Position numbers and translations under genes: made by a program. Below are positions 46,637 to 56,950 of a DNA stretch of 64,000 bases, piece by piece. The notes under the pieces are model-generated. The model was not told where the DNA came from. It made no database searches and worked only from the letters and a program-made list of their open reading frames with translations. Source of the stretch: an uncultured beta proteobacterium (GTDB lineage: Bacteria > Pseudomonadota > Gammaproteobacteria > Burkholderiales > SG8-41); assembly GCA_903889565.1 (NCBI GenBank), contig CAISYC010000012.1, forward strand, positions 52,626 to 116,625, given 5' to 3'. Numbering within the stretch: position 1 is the first letter of the stretch; each line of letters opens with the position of its first letter.

Positions 46637-47224
46637 ATGAATGGCGCGCTGCGTCGCGTTCTTCCGGCGCTGATGTTTTTGCTGCTGGCCGCCTGCGGCG
46701 GTCCGGCGGGCCGCGAGGCATTCCAGCTGACCGACATCACCGGCGCCGAATTCGGTCGCGGCTTCCAGCTCACGGATCACACCGGAAAACCGCGCACGCT
46801 GGAGGATTTCAAAGGCAAGGTGGTCGTAATTTTCTTCGGCTACACCTTTTGCCCGGATGTCTGTCCGACCACCATGGGCGAATTGTCGCTGGTGATGAAA
46901 GAACTCGGCAAGGACGCCTCCCGCGTGCAGGTCTTGTTTGTCACCGTCGATCCGGAACGCGACACGCCGGAACTGTTGTCCAGGTACGTGCCGGCATTCG
47001 ATCCGTCGTTTCTCGGTTTATACGGCGACGCCGAGGCCACCGCGCGCACGGCCAAGGAATACAAAATCTTCTACCAGAAACAACCAATGAAAGACGGCGG
47101 CTATACAGTCGATCATTCCGCCGGCACCTACATCTACGACACGGCGGGCCGCCTGCGCCTGTTCGCCGCCTACGGGCAGGGCGGCGAAAAAACCCTGCAC
47201 GATATTCGCGTGCTGTTGAAGTGA
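46637..47224 (+). CDS. SCO family copper chaperone (SenC/PrrC-like), lipoprotein
   Basis: Lipobox LLLAAC. FFGYTFCPDVCPTT (CxxxC) and VDHSAGTYIYD (His ligand). Confidence 0.88.
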   Translation: MNGALRRVLPALMFLLLAACGGPAGREAFQLTDITGAEFGRGFQLTDHTGKPRTLEDFKGKVVVIFFGYTFCPDVCPTTMGELSLVMKELGKDASRVQVLFVTVDPERDTPELLSRYVPAFDPSFLGLYGDAEATARTAKEYKIFYQKQPMKDGGYTVDHSAGTYIYDTAGRLRLFAAYGQGGEKTLHDIRVLLK

Positions 47225-47305
47225 TTTTTGCGCGGCGCAACTGTCCCGCTGCCGCGTTGACAGACTGACGAGCGAACCCGTGCCGCCGCGAGCCGCATTG
47301 CAGAT

Positions 47306-48310
47306 ATGACCCTGGCACTGACCCCCGAAGACGCCTACCGCAAGGCGTACGATCATTATCTAAGCCAACGCTACGCGAGCGCGCGCGACATCTGCCGGAT
47401 GGTGTTGACCAGCGACCCGGGGCACCGGGATGCGGCTTATCTGCTAGCCGTAATCGAGCATCGCCTGGGGGCGCCGGACGAGGGGGACCGCCATCTGCAA
47501 CAGGCGGTGGCGCGGCGTCCGTTCTCGGCGCGCCTGAGTTACCGGCCGGCCGCCGCACCGCGTTACGCCGGGGTGCCGCATCCGGGACTCGACGCCATAC
47601 TTTCCCGTTCGCTGCCGGCGCAAATCGCCTGCCTGCAATCATTCGCCGCGTGGGCGCCCTCGCTCAGCGCGATTCAAGCCATTGCCGATGATGCGGTCGC
47701 GCCGTACTGGAACAATGCATGGATTCCGCCGCTCGACGGCATCGCGTTGTACGGCATGACGGCATCGCGGCGACCGCGTTTGTATCTCGAGGTCGGCTCC
47801 GGCAACTCGACAAAATTCGTGCGCCGCGCGATTGCCGATCACGGTCTGGACACGAAAATCGTATCGATCGATCCCAACCCGCGCGCGGAAATCGACGACC
47901 TCTGCGATGAAGTGATCCGCGCGCCGCTTGAGGCAACCGATCCTGCCGTGTTCGCCCGCATCGGTGCCGGCGACATCGTGTTTATCGACAATTCACACCA
48001 GTGTTTCATGAACTCGGACGTGACGGTGTTTTTCACCGAAATTCTGCCCGCACTGGCGCCGGGCGCGATCGTCGGCATACACGATATTTTTCTGCCGTTC
48101 GACTATCCGGCCGAATGGACGGAGAAATTCTTTTCCGAGCAATACCTGCTCGCCTGTTACCTGCTTGCAGGAACTGCGGCGTTCGCGGTCGAATTGCCGC
48201 TGCACTATCTGTCGCGGCGTCCGGAGGCGGCGGCCGCCATCGCTGCACTGTGCGCGGACTGCGGCGGCGTCAGCGCGACCGGCTCATCGTTCTGGCTGAT
48301 CAAAAGCTGA
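47306..48310 (+). CDS. Class I SAM-dependent methyltransferase-like protein with N-terminal TPR-like hairpin
   Basis: The N-terminus AYRKAYDHYLSQRYASARDICRMVLTSDPGHRDAAYLLAVI is TPR-like. The C-terminal domain has YLEVGSGNST (motif I-like) and GDIVFIDNSH...SDV..FF.EILP.L.PGAIVGIHDI, as in Methyltransf_24/CmcI-like proteins. Confidence 0.55.
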   Translation: MTLALTPEDAYRKAYDHYLSQRYASARDICRMVLTSDPGHRDAAYLLAVIEHRLGAPDEGDRHLQQAVARRPFSARLSYRPAAAPRYAGVPHPGLDAILSRSLPAQIACLQSFAAWAPSLSAIQAIADDAVAPYWNNAWIPPLDGIALYGMTASRRPRLYLEVGSGNSTKFVRRAIADHGLDTKIVSIDPNPRAEIDDLCDEVIRAPLEATDPAVFARIGAGDIVFIDNSHQCFMNSDVTVFFTEILPALAPGAIVGIHDIFLPFDYPAEWTEKFFSEQYLLACYLLAGTAAFAVELPLHYLSRRPEAAAAIAALCADCGGVSATGSSFWLIKS

Positions 48311-48330
48311 TTGAGAGACCTTCACGGACA

Positions 48331-48361
48331 AAAACATGGCCGGCAATGCCGGCCATGTTTT
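48331..48361. terminator. Bidirectional rho-independent terminator between the methyltransferase-like gene and rpoH
   Basis: Perfect 14-bp stem AAAACATGGCCGGC / GCCGGCCATGTTTT with a 3-nt loop. A and T tracts form part of the arms. Confidence 0.8.
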
Positions 48362-48380
48362 CGTGCTGCGCTGAGTTGTA

Positions 48381-49232
48381 TCAGGCGGCAGCGCCGATGA
48401 TACCGCGCATTTTCTGCATGGCCTTGTTTTCGATCTGACGGATGCGTTCGGCCGAGACGCCGAATTCGTCAGCCAGATCATGCAGCGTTGCCTGATCGGA
48501 TTCGCGCAGCCAGCGCGCTTCGACGATGCGCCGGCTGCGTTCATCCAGACTGGCCAGCGCTTTCTGCAGGCCTTCGCTTTGCAGAAGGGCCGACTGCTTG
48601 TTTTCGAGCACGCGATCGGGTTCGGCCGCGGGATCGGCAAGAAACGCGATCGGCGCGTAGCTCTCCTCGCCGTCGTCGTTGGCCGGTTCCAGCGGCACAT
48701 CACGACCGCCCAGCCGCGTTTCCATTTCGACGACTTCCTCGTTTTTAACGCCAAGCTGCTTCGCCATTGAGCGCACTTCCTCGCTGCCGAGCGTGTCGAG
48801 TCCGGGCTTCATGCTGCGCAAATTGAAAAACAGTTTGCGCTGCGCCTTGGTCGTGGCGATTTTCACGATGCGCCAGTTGCGCAGAATGAACTCGTGCATC
48901 TCGGCGCGGATCCAGTGCACCGCGAAAGAAACGAGCCGCACGCCGCGTTCCGGATCGAAGCGCTTGACCGCTTTCATCAGGCCGATATTGCCTTCCTGAA
49001 TCAGGTCCGCTTGCGGCAGGCCGTAGCCCATATACCCGCGCGCGATCGACACCACCACGCGCAAATGCGAAACGATCAACTGTCGCGCCGCATCAAGGTC
49101 TTCGTGGTCGCGAAAACGCCGCGCAAGCTCGGTCTCCTCGCTTTGGGACAGGATCGGAAAGCGGTTTACCGTCTGGATATAGCTGTCCAGACTGCCGCTG
49201 GCCGACGGAACCGGTAAGGCGTAAGTTGTCAT
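48381..49232 (-). CDS. rpoH: RNA polymerase sigma-32 (heat-shock sigma factor)
   Basis: RpoH box QRKLFFNLR and sigma-70 regions 2-4. The start at 49232 has GGAGG 6 nt upstream. ftsYEX-rpoH synteny supports it. Confidence 0.92.
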   Translation of the reverse strand: MTTYALPVPSASGSLDSYIQTVNRFPILSQSEETELARRFRDHEDLDAARQLIVSHLRVVVSIARGYMGYGLPQADLIQEGNIGLMKAVKRFDPERGVRLVSFAVHWIRAEMHEFILRNWRIVKIATTKAQRKLFFNLRSMKPGLDTLGSEEVRSMAKQLGVKNEEVVEMETRLGGRDVPLEPANDDGEESYAPIAFLADPAAEPDRVLENKQSALLQSEGLQKALASLDERSRRIVEARWLRESDQATLHDLADEFGVSAERIRQIENKAMQKMRGIIGAAA

Positions 49233-49356
49233 TGCTGACCTCCTTGTTGGAATCATCTTAGCACTCTGCTCATAAGAGTGCCAGACGGCGCCAATAGTTC
49301 CCCTCCGTGCTGCGGAAGTATGAAAATTAAGCTCAATAAATCAGTTATTTGATTCG

Positions 49357-50262
49357 CTATTGCGCGATTGCAGACAAGTGCCGGCTGACCGACAGCCAGG
49401 CGCCCAGCCAGCCTAACGCGGTCGGCACGGCGAGCAAGGCGAAGCTGTCGAGCGGACTCAAAAAGCCCAGCTGGAACAGCGACGCATAGACGTGGGAGAG
49501 TTCCCCCAGACTGCGATTGGCAAGGTAGACCGCGGCGGCAAGAATCAACCAGCAGACGATCGCACCGGCGAAGCCCTGCAGGGCGCCGAAGTAGAGGAAG
49601 GGCCGCCGGATAAAGGCATCGGTGGCGCCGATCAACTTGATGACCTCGATTTCGTCGCGCCGCGTCAGCACCTGCAGACGGATCGTATTGAAGGTAACCG
49701 CGACCAGTGCCACCGCTAGCAGGAGGGCAATCCCGACCGCGGCCAGCCGCCCCAGCCGCAGGCCGGCATCAAGGCGGCGCGCCCACATGGCATCGAGTTG
49801 CACATGAGCGATGCGCGGCCATTGGCCGATCTCATCGCGCAGCGCTTCGAGCGCAGCGGGGCTGCCGTCATCGGCGTCGATGACAAAAGCGTCGGGCAGC
49901 GGATTCTGCGGCAGGCCGTCGATGACGTCGGCCAGGCCGCTTGAGTTCTTGAGGTCGGCCAGCGCTTGTTCGCGCGGCACGAATCGAAAGTTCGCCACGC
50001 GCGGCGTCTGTTTGAGTTTGGTCTCGATTTGCGCGACCTCGCTGCGATTCGCGTCGAGCGCCATATAGACGCTGATCTGCGGTGCGGAGGTCAGGTGCTG
50101 CGATGCCGCCTGGAGGTTGGAAACGACCAGATGCAGCCCGATCGGCAGACTCAATGCGATGCCGATCACCAGCGCGTTGAGCGTGCTGCCCAGCGGTGCA
50201 CCGGCCAGCCGTGTCACGGCGGCATTGATGCTGCGTCCATGAGCTGCCAGCCATGCCTTCAA
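49357..50262 (-). CDS. ftsX: Cell division ABC transporter permease FtsX
   Basis: 301 aa, four transmembrane segments with a large periplasmic loop. Overlaps the ftsE stop. Confidence 0.88.
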   Translation of the reverse strand: MKAWLAAHGRSINAAVTRLAGAPLGSTLNALVIGIALSLPIGLHLVVSNLQAASQHLTSAPQISVYMALDANRSEVAQIETKLKQTPRVANFRFVPREQALADLKNSSGLADVIDGLPQNPLPDAFVIDADDGSPAALEALRDEIGQWPRIAHVQLDAMWARRLDAGLRLGRLAAVGIALLLAVALVAVTFNTIRLQVLTRRDEIEVIKLIGATDAFIRRPFLYFGALQGFAGAIVCWLILAAAVYLANRSLGELSHVYASLFQLGFLSPLDSFALLAVPTALGWLGAWLSVSRHLSAIAQ

Positions 50263-50924
50263 GCTGCGGCTCCGGTATCAAGTGCGCCCTGCTTGAGCGA
50301 AATCACGCGCGGCGAGAGCTGCGACAGCAGCGTCTGGTCGTGAGTAGCGATGACTGCGGTCACACCAACCTGATTAAATGAACGGATCAGTTCGCCGATT
50401 TCCAGCGCGTAATCGGCATCGAGATTGCCGGTCGGTTCATCGGCCAGCAGGATGGCGGGACGGTGCACGATGGCGCGCGCGATGCACAGGCGCTGCTGTT
50501 CGCCGCCCGACAACGTAATCGGCATCGCCGTTTCAAACTTGAGCAACCCGACCTTGTCGAGCGCCGCGCGCACGCGTCGCGCGGTGTCGCGCGGCGCAAA
50601 GCCGGAGATCTGCAGGGGCAGGGCGACGTTTTCATAGACGTTGCGGTCGTAGAGCAGCTTGTGGTCCTGAAACACAAGGCCGAAGCTGCGCCGCATGAAC
50701 GGCACCGCGCGCGGCGTCAGCGCGCCGACGTTCTGGCCATTGACGATGACGCTGCCGCCGGTCGGCCGTTCGATTGCCACCAGCAATTTCAACAGGGTGC
50801 TTTTGCCGGCGCCCGAGTGTCCGGTGACAAACACCAGCTCGCCGCTGTCGATCGTGAAGCTGACGTCATTCAGCGCCTGATGCCCGCCGGGATAGCGTTT
50901 GGAGACGCGGCTGAAAGAAATCAT
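50259..50924 (-). CDS. ftsE: Cell division ATP-binding protein FtsE
   Basis: Walker A GHSGAGKST, signature LSGGEQQR, Walker B ILLADEPTGNLD. Confidence 0.92.
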   Translation of the reverse strand: MISFSRVSKRYPGGHQALNDVSFTIDSGELVFVTGHSGAGKSTLLKLLVAIERPTGGSVIVNGQNVGALTPRAVPFMRRSFGLVFQDHKLLYDRNVYENVALPLQISGFAPRDTARRVRAALDKVGLLKFETAMPITLSGGEQQRLCIARAIVHRPAILLADEPTGNLDADYALEIGELIRSFNQVGVTAVIATHDQTLLSQLSPRVISLKQGALDTGAAA

Positions 50925-50927
50925 CGT

Positions 50928-51890
50928 TTATCCGAGCAAGGCATCGACAAACTCATCGGCATTAAACGGTTGCAGGTCGTCGATGCCTTCGCCCACGCCG
51001 ATGAAGCGCAGCGGGATCGCCGGCTTGCTGTCGGCGCCGCTACGCAGATGCGCGATCGCGCAGATCACGCCGCCCTTCGCAGTGCCGTCGAGCTTGGTCA
51101 GCACCAGGCCGGTGACGTCGAGCGCCTCGTCGAAGGCGCGCACCTGATTCACCGCATTCTGTCCGGTATTTGCGTCGAGCACCAGCAGCACTTCATGCGG
51201 CGCGCCCGGCGCCGCCTTGGCGATCACGCGTTTGACCTTCCGGATTTCTTCCATCAGGTGCAACTGGGTCGGCAGGCGTCCCGCCGTGTCGGCGAGCACG
51301 ACGTCGATGTTGCGCGCGCGCGCGGCGTTGATGGCGTCGAAGATGACCGCTGCCGCGTCGCCCGATTGCTGGGTGATCACCGCCACGTTGTTGCGCTCGC
51401 CCCAGGTCTGCAACTGTTCGCGTGCGGCGGCGCGAAAAGTGTCGCCCGCCGCCAGCAGTACCGATTTGCCGCTTTTCTGGAAATGGTTGGCGAGCTTGCC
51501 GATCGACGTTGTCTTGCCCGCGCCGTTGACGCCCACCAGCATGATGATGAACGGCCGTTGCGAATTCACGTCGAGAGGCACTGCGATCGGATTCAACAAT
51601 TCGAGCAGCGCCGCACGCATTGCCGATTTCAATTCATGCGTTTCGCGAAAACCGCCGCGCCTTGCCTCGCTGCGTAGGCGTTCGATCAAAAACCCGCTGG
51701 CGGCAACGCCGACATCCGCCGCCAGCAGCGTAGTCTCGAGCGATTCGAAAAAGGCTTCGTCGATGCGCGAACCTGCAAACAGGTCGCCGACGTCGGTGTT
51801 GAGGATTTGGCGCGTGCGTGCGAGCCCGTCGCGCAGGCGCTGACTCCAGCCCGCTTTTGCTTCGCTGCCGCCCTTGAGGAAACTAAACAT
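50928..51890 (-). CDS. ftsY: Signal recognition particle receptor FtsY
   Basis: Taken from the ATG at 51890: MFSFLKGG... The NG domain has GVNGAGKTTSIGK, DTAGR and TKLDGTAKGG. Confidence 0.9.
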   Translation of the reverse strand: MFSFLKGGSEAKAGWSQRLRDGLARTRQILNTDVGDLFAGSRIDEAFFESLETTLLAADVGVAASGFLIERLRSEARRGGFRETHELKSAMRAALLELLNPIAVPLDVNSQRPFIIMLVGVNGAGKTTSIGKLANHFQKSGKSVLLAAGDTFRAAAREQLQTWGERNNVAVITQQSGDAAAVIFDAINAARARNIDVVLADTAGRLPTQLHLMEEIRKVKRVIAKAAPGAPHEVLLVLDANTGQNAVNQVRAFDEALDVTGLVLTKLDGTAKGGVICAIAHLRSGADSKPAIPLRFIGVGEGIDDLQPFNADEFVDALLG

Positions 51891-52071
51891 GCCGCGCGCG
51901 GTCAATATCGGGGCGCGGGGCAGCGGCAACGATCGATGATGGATGCAAATTCGATGACACAGTGATCGCCCGGAGGGAAACGCCGGCGCAGTAAACGAGC
52001 GCGGCCACATCATTTGACATAAAATTCTAGCCCGAAAGCCGGTCACGGGCTACCAATAACCAGGATCATGC

Positions 52072-53472
52072 ATGTTATACAAATTACGTGTTGACGTACT
52101 TGTGATTGCATTGCGCGCGGCCGTCGTTGTGTTTGCCGCCGGTTGCATGCTGGCCCAGGCGCAGGTGCCGGCGCGGGAAAAAACGCTCGCCAACGGCCTG
52201 CGCGTCATCGTCAAGGAAGATCACCGCGCGCCCACCGTGGTGTCGATGGTCTGGTACAAGGCGGGCAGCACCGACGAGTTCAACGGCACCACCGGCGTGG
52301 CGCACGTGCTCGAACACATGATGTTCAAGGGCACGCGCGAGGTGCCCGGCGGCGAGTTTTCACGCATCATCGCTGCCGCCGGCGGCCGGGAAAACGCCTT
52401 CACCTCGCGCGACGCCACGTCCTATCACCAGCAATTGCACAAATCGCAGCTGCCGCTGGCGTTCCGGCTCGAAGCCGACCGCATGGCCAATCTGGTTCTG
52501 TCCAAGGACGAGTTCGACAAGGAAATCCGCGTCGTCATGGAAGAACGGCGTCTGCGCACCGAAGATCAGCCGCGCGCGCTGGCGCAGGAGCAGCTGATGG
52601 CCACGGTGTTCACCGCGCATCCATATCGCTGGCCCGTGGTTGGCTGGATGAGCGATCTGCAAAGCATGACTTACACCGACGCGCGCCAGTGGTACGACCG
52701 CTGGTATGCGCCCAATAACGCCATCGTGGTGGTGGCCGGCGATGTTGCCGCCGACGATGTGTTTGCACTGGCGGAACAATATTTCGGCCCGCTCAAGGCG
52801 CACGACCTGCCGCTGCGCAAGCCGCAGGAGGAGCAGGCGCAGCGCGGCATCCGCCGCGTCGTGATCAAGGCGCCGGCCGAACTGCCGGTGCTGATGATGG
52901 CGTGGCGCGCGCCGGTGCTGCGCGACGTCGAAAACGAATGGGAGCCCTACGCGCTGGAAATGCTCTCCGGCGTGCTCGACGGCAACGAAGCGGCGCGTTT
53001 GAACAGCACGCTGGTGCGCGGCGAAAAAATCGCCAACGCGATCGACGCCGGCTACGACAGCACGCAGCGCGGGCCCGGTCTTTTCACGGTCAGCGGCATT
53101 CCGACGGCAGGCCGCAGCGTGGACGAACTGGAAAAGGCGCTGCGGCGCGAACTGGCGAAAATCGCTGCCGATGGCGTCAATGAAGACGAGTTGAAACGCG
53201 TCAAGGCGCAACTGATTGCCAGTCAGGTGTTCGAGCGCGATTCGATTTTCTATCAGGCCATGCAGATCGGCATGCTGGAAACCGGCGGTTATGCCTACAG
53301 CAGTATCGATGTCATGCTGAAGAAGCTGCAGGCGGTGACCGCCGCCCAGGTGCAGGCGGTCGCCCAAAAATATCTGATCGACGACGCTCTCACCGTCGCC
53401 GTGCTGGATCCGCAACCGCTGGCCGGGGCCAAACCGGCGGCGGCGTCAAAGGGAGCCGCGCATGCGCAATAA
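52072..53472 (+). CDS. M16 family zinc peptidase (active subunit, HxxEH)
   Basis: Signal peptide, GVAHVLEHMMFKGT (HxxEH) and a downstream E in the ENAFTS region. Confidence 0.85.
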   Translation: MLYKLRVDVLVIALRAAVVVFAAGCMLAQAQVPAREKTLANGLRVIVKEDHRAPTVVSMVWYKAGSTDEFNGTTGVAHVLEHMMFKGTREVPGGEFSRIIAAAGGRENAFTSRDATSYHQQLHKSQLPLAFRLEADRMANLVLSKDEFDKEIRVVMEERRLRTEDQPRALAQEQLMATVFTAHPYRWPVVGWMSDLQSMTYTDARQWYDRWYAPNNAIVVVAGDVAADDVFALAEQYFGPLKAHDLPLRKPQEEQAQRGIRRVVIKAPAELPVLMMAWRAPVLRDVENEWEPYALEMLSGVLDGNEAARLNSTLVRGEKIANAIDAGYDSTQRGPGLFTVSGIPTAGRSVDELEKALRRELAKIAADGVNEDELKRVKAQLIASQVFERDSIFYQAMQIGMLETGGYAYSSIDVMLKKLQAVTAAQVQAVAQKYLIDDALTVAVLDPQPLAGAKPAAASKGAAHAQ

Positions 53473-54799
53473 AATTTCCGGCCTGCTCGCGGCCATCGTG
53501 TGCGTGCTGGCGGCTGTGCCGTCGTGGGCCCTGCTGCCGATCCAGCAATGGCAGACGAAGAGCGGCGCGCGGGTTTATTTCGTCGAAAGTCACGATCTGC
53601 CGATGCTGGATGTGAGCATCGATTTCGCCGCCGGTTCGGTCTTCGATACACCGGCGAAGTCGGGGCTGGCGAGTGTGACGCTCGGCCAGTTGCGGCTGGG
53701 CGCCGGCGGCCTCACCGAAAACGAAATTTCACGGCGCATGGCCGATACCGGCGCACAGCTCGGCAATCGCTTCGACAGCGATCGCGCCGGCATGTCGCTG
53801 CGCACCCTCACAAGCAAGGCGGAGTTGAACCAGGCGCTCGACGTGTTCGCGCGCATTTTGCAGAAGCCGGAGTTTCCGGCGGCGGCGCTGGAGCGCGAAA
53901 AGGCGCGCATTGTTGATGCGATACGCGAGTCCGACACCAAGCCGGAAACGCTGCTCAACCGCACGTTCAGCAAAATGATTTATGGCGACCACCCGTACGG
54001 TCTGCGCGGCAGCGGCGAAGCCTTAACCGTCGCCGCCCTGACCCGCGACGACGTGGCCGGCTTTTACCGCCGCAATTATTCGGCCGATCGTGCGGTCGTC
54101 GCCCTGATGGGCGATGTCACGCGTGAACAGGCGGCGGCGATCGCCGAGCAACTGACCGCCGGATTACCGGCGGGCAGTGCGCATGCGGCGATTGCACCGG
54201 TGCGTTCGCTCGAGCGCGCCGAAACGCGCGTCGTCGCGCATCCGGCCACGCAAAGCCATTTGTTCATGGGCATGCCTGGCATTCGCCGTGACGACCCGGA
54301 TTATTTTCCACTCTACGTCGGCAATTACATACTCGGCGGCGGCGGTTTCGTCTCGCGCATCACCGACGAGGTGCGGTCAAAACGCGGCCTTGCCTATTCG
54401 GCCTACAGCTATTTCATGCCGCTCAAGGAGCGCGGTTCGTTCGTGATCGGCCTGCAGACGCGGCGCGACCAGGCCGGCGAGGCGCTCGCCGTGGTGCGCG
54501 CGACGCTTGCCGAATTTCTGGCCAATGGCCCGAACGCGGACGAACTTGCCAAGGCCAAGCAGAACATCGTCGGCGGCTTCGCGCTGCGCATCGACAGCAA
54601 TCGCAAAATCGTCGAGAATCTCGCGGCGATCGGTTTCTACGATCTGCCGCTCAATTATCTCGACGAATTCGCCGCCAATGTCGAGAAGGTCGGTATCGAC
54701 GACGTCCATCGCGCATTCGCCAAGCACGTCGATCCGGCGCGCATGGTGACGGTGGTGGTCGGCGCCGACGAGAAATCGCTCGCCGCCGGCGCCAAATAG
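53462..54799 (+). CDS. M16 family peptidase-like protein (no HxxEH; probable non-catalytic partner)
   Basis: 445 aa, M16-like along its length, overlapping the upstream M16 gene. I did not see the inverted zinc motif. Confidence 0.75.
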   Translation: MRNKISGLLAAIVCVLAAVPSWALLPIQQWQTKSGARVYFVESHDLPMLDVSIDFAAGSVFDTPAKSGLASVTLGQLRLGAGGLTENEISRRMADTGAQLGNRFDSDRAGMSLRTLTSKAELNQALDVFARILQKPEFPAAALEREKARIVDAIRESDTKPETLLNRTFSKMIYGDHPYGLRGSGEALTVAALTRDDVAGFYRRNYSADRAVVALMGDVTREQAAAIAEQLTAGLPAGSAHAAIAPVRSLERAETRVVAHPATQSHLFMGMPGIRRDDPDYFPLYVGNYILGGGGFVSRITDEVRSKRGLAYSAYSYFMPLKERGSFVIGLQTRRDQAGEALAVVRATLAEFLANGPNADELAKAKQNIVGGFALRIDSNRKIVENLAAIGFYDLPLNYLDEFAANVEKVGIDDVHRAFAKHVDPARMVTVVVGADEKSLAAGAK

Positions 54800-54809
54800 T
54801 CCGCTGTCG

Positions 54810-55356
54810 ATGCCGGCCGCCGCCAATCGCGTTCGTATCATCGGCGGCATCTGGCGCAGTCGCATCGTCCGCTTTCCCGCCCGCGAGGATCTGCGGCCGA
54901 CGCCGGATCGCGTGCGTGAAACCCTGTTTAACTGGCTCGGTCAGGATCTGACCGGCAAAGCCTGCCTCGATTTATTCGCCGGCAGCGGCGCGCTCGGCTT
55001 CGAGGCGGCGTCGCGCGGCGCCGCCCGCGTGGTCATGCTGGAGCGCGATGCGGTGGCGTTTCGCGCGTTGCAGGAAAACGCGCGCCTGCTGGCCGCCGAT
55101 ACCCTTGATCTGCGGCGCGCCGATGCGCTCGAATTTCTGCGCGCGGACGGCGGTCGTTATGACGTGGTGTTCATCGATCCGCCGTTTCGTTCGGATCTGC
55201 TGCCGCAAGTACTGCCGCTGTTGCCGCCGCATCTTGCGCCGGGCGCCCTGGTGCACGTTGAATCGCCACGGCCGCCGGATTTACCGGCACAATGGGAAGT
55301 GTTGCGCAGCGGCCGCGCCGGCGCGGTCAACCATCAATTGCTGAAATGGACGGATC

Positions 55357-55367
<11 letters not shown>
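54810..55367 (+). CDS. rsmD: 16S rRNA (guanine(966)-N(2))-methyltransferase RsmD
   Basis: [10 protein letters not shown]...[40 protein letters not shown]. Confidence 0.88.
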
Positions 55368-56122
<755 letters not shown>

Positions 56123-56129
56123 GCGGTTG

Positions 56130-56948
56130 CTATCGCGCCTGGCAGCGCGGGCAGTAGAAGGTCGAGCGCTGGCCGAGCACGAGACTGCGGATGGTGGTGC
56201 CGCAGGTCAGACAGGGTTTGCCCGCGCGGTCATAGACCGAAAAATTGTTCTGAAAATAGCCGGCCTCGCCTTTTGAATTGACGTAGTCGCGCAGGCTGGA
56301 GCCGCCGGCTGCGATCGCGTCGGCCAGCGTTGCGCGCACCGTTTCAACCAGCGCGACGCAGCGCGCGGGGCCGAGGCGGCGCGCCGGCAGTTTCGGATTG
56401 ATGCCGGCGCGGAACAGCGCCTCGCTGGCGTAGATGTTGCCGACGCCGGCGACCAGATGGCTGTCCATGATCGCGTTTTTGATCGCGCCGCTGCGACTGC
56501 GCGTTTCGCGGTACAGCCATTCGGCGTTGAAGGCGTTCGAAAACGGTTCCGGCCCGATGGCGCGCAGCAGCTTGTGCGCCAGCGGATCGCCGCGTTGCCA
56601 CAATACGAGACCGAAGCGGCGCGGATCGCGCAGACGCACCACGTGACCGTTATCGAGCGCGAGATCGAAGTGATCATGCGTCGCCGGTGCCGTCCCCGGC
56701 GTCACCACCCATAGGCGGCCCGACATGCCGAGATGCACAATCAGTGTGCCGTCGCCGGCGCGAAACAGGAGATATTTGCCGCGACGCTCCAGCGCATCGA
56801 TGCGGCGGCCCGTCAGAATGCGCGCGAGATCGCGCGGCACCGGCTGGCGCATCGCGCGGTTGCGCACAACCACGCTGCCGATAGTGGCGCCTCGCACCAG
56901 CGGTTCGAGGCCGCGTCGCGTGGTTTCAACTTCCGGCAGTTCGGGCAC
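56130..56948 (-). CDS. mutM: Formamidopyrimidine-DNA glycosylase
   Basis: GTG at 56948 is followed immediately by PELPEVETTRRG, so the catalytic N-terminal Pro fixes the start. C-terminal zinc finger CLTCG...CPRCQ. The track ORF's upstream extension is rejected. Confidence 0.92.
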   Translation of the reverse strand: MPELPEVETTRRGLEPLVRGATIGSVVVRNRAMRQPVPRDLARILTGRRIDALERRGKYLLFRAGDGTLIVHLGMSGRLWVVTPGTAPATHDHFDLALDNGHVVRLRDPRRFGLVLWQRGDPLAHKLLRAIGPEPFSNAFNAEWLYRETRSRSGAIKNAIMDSHLVAGVGNIYASEALFRAGINPKLPARRLGPARCVALVETVRATLADAIAAGGSSLRDYVNSKGEAGYFQNNFSVYDRAGKPCLTCGTTIRSLVLGQRSTFYCPRCQAR

Positions 56949-56950
56949 GC

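Noticed and set aside
49261-49281. 7-bp hairpin GCACTCT-N7-AGAGTGC between ftsX and rpoH.
   Set aside because: No U-tract follows it on the minus strand, so it is not a convincing ftsX terminator. It may be part of the rpoH leader or promoter, but I cannot support a function from sequence alone.
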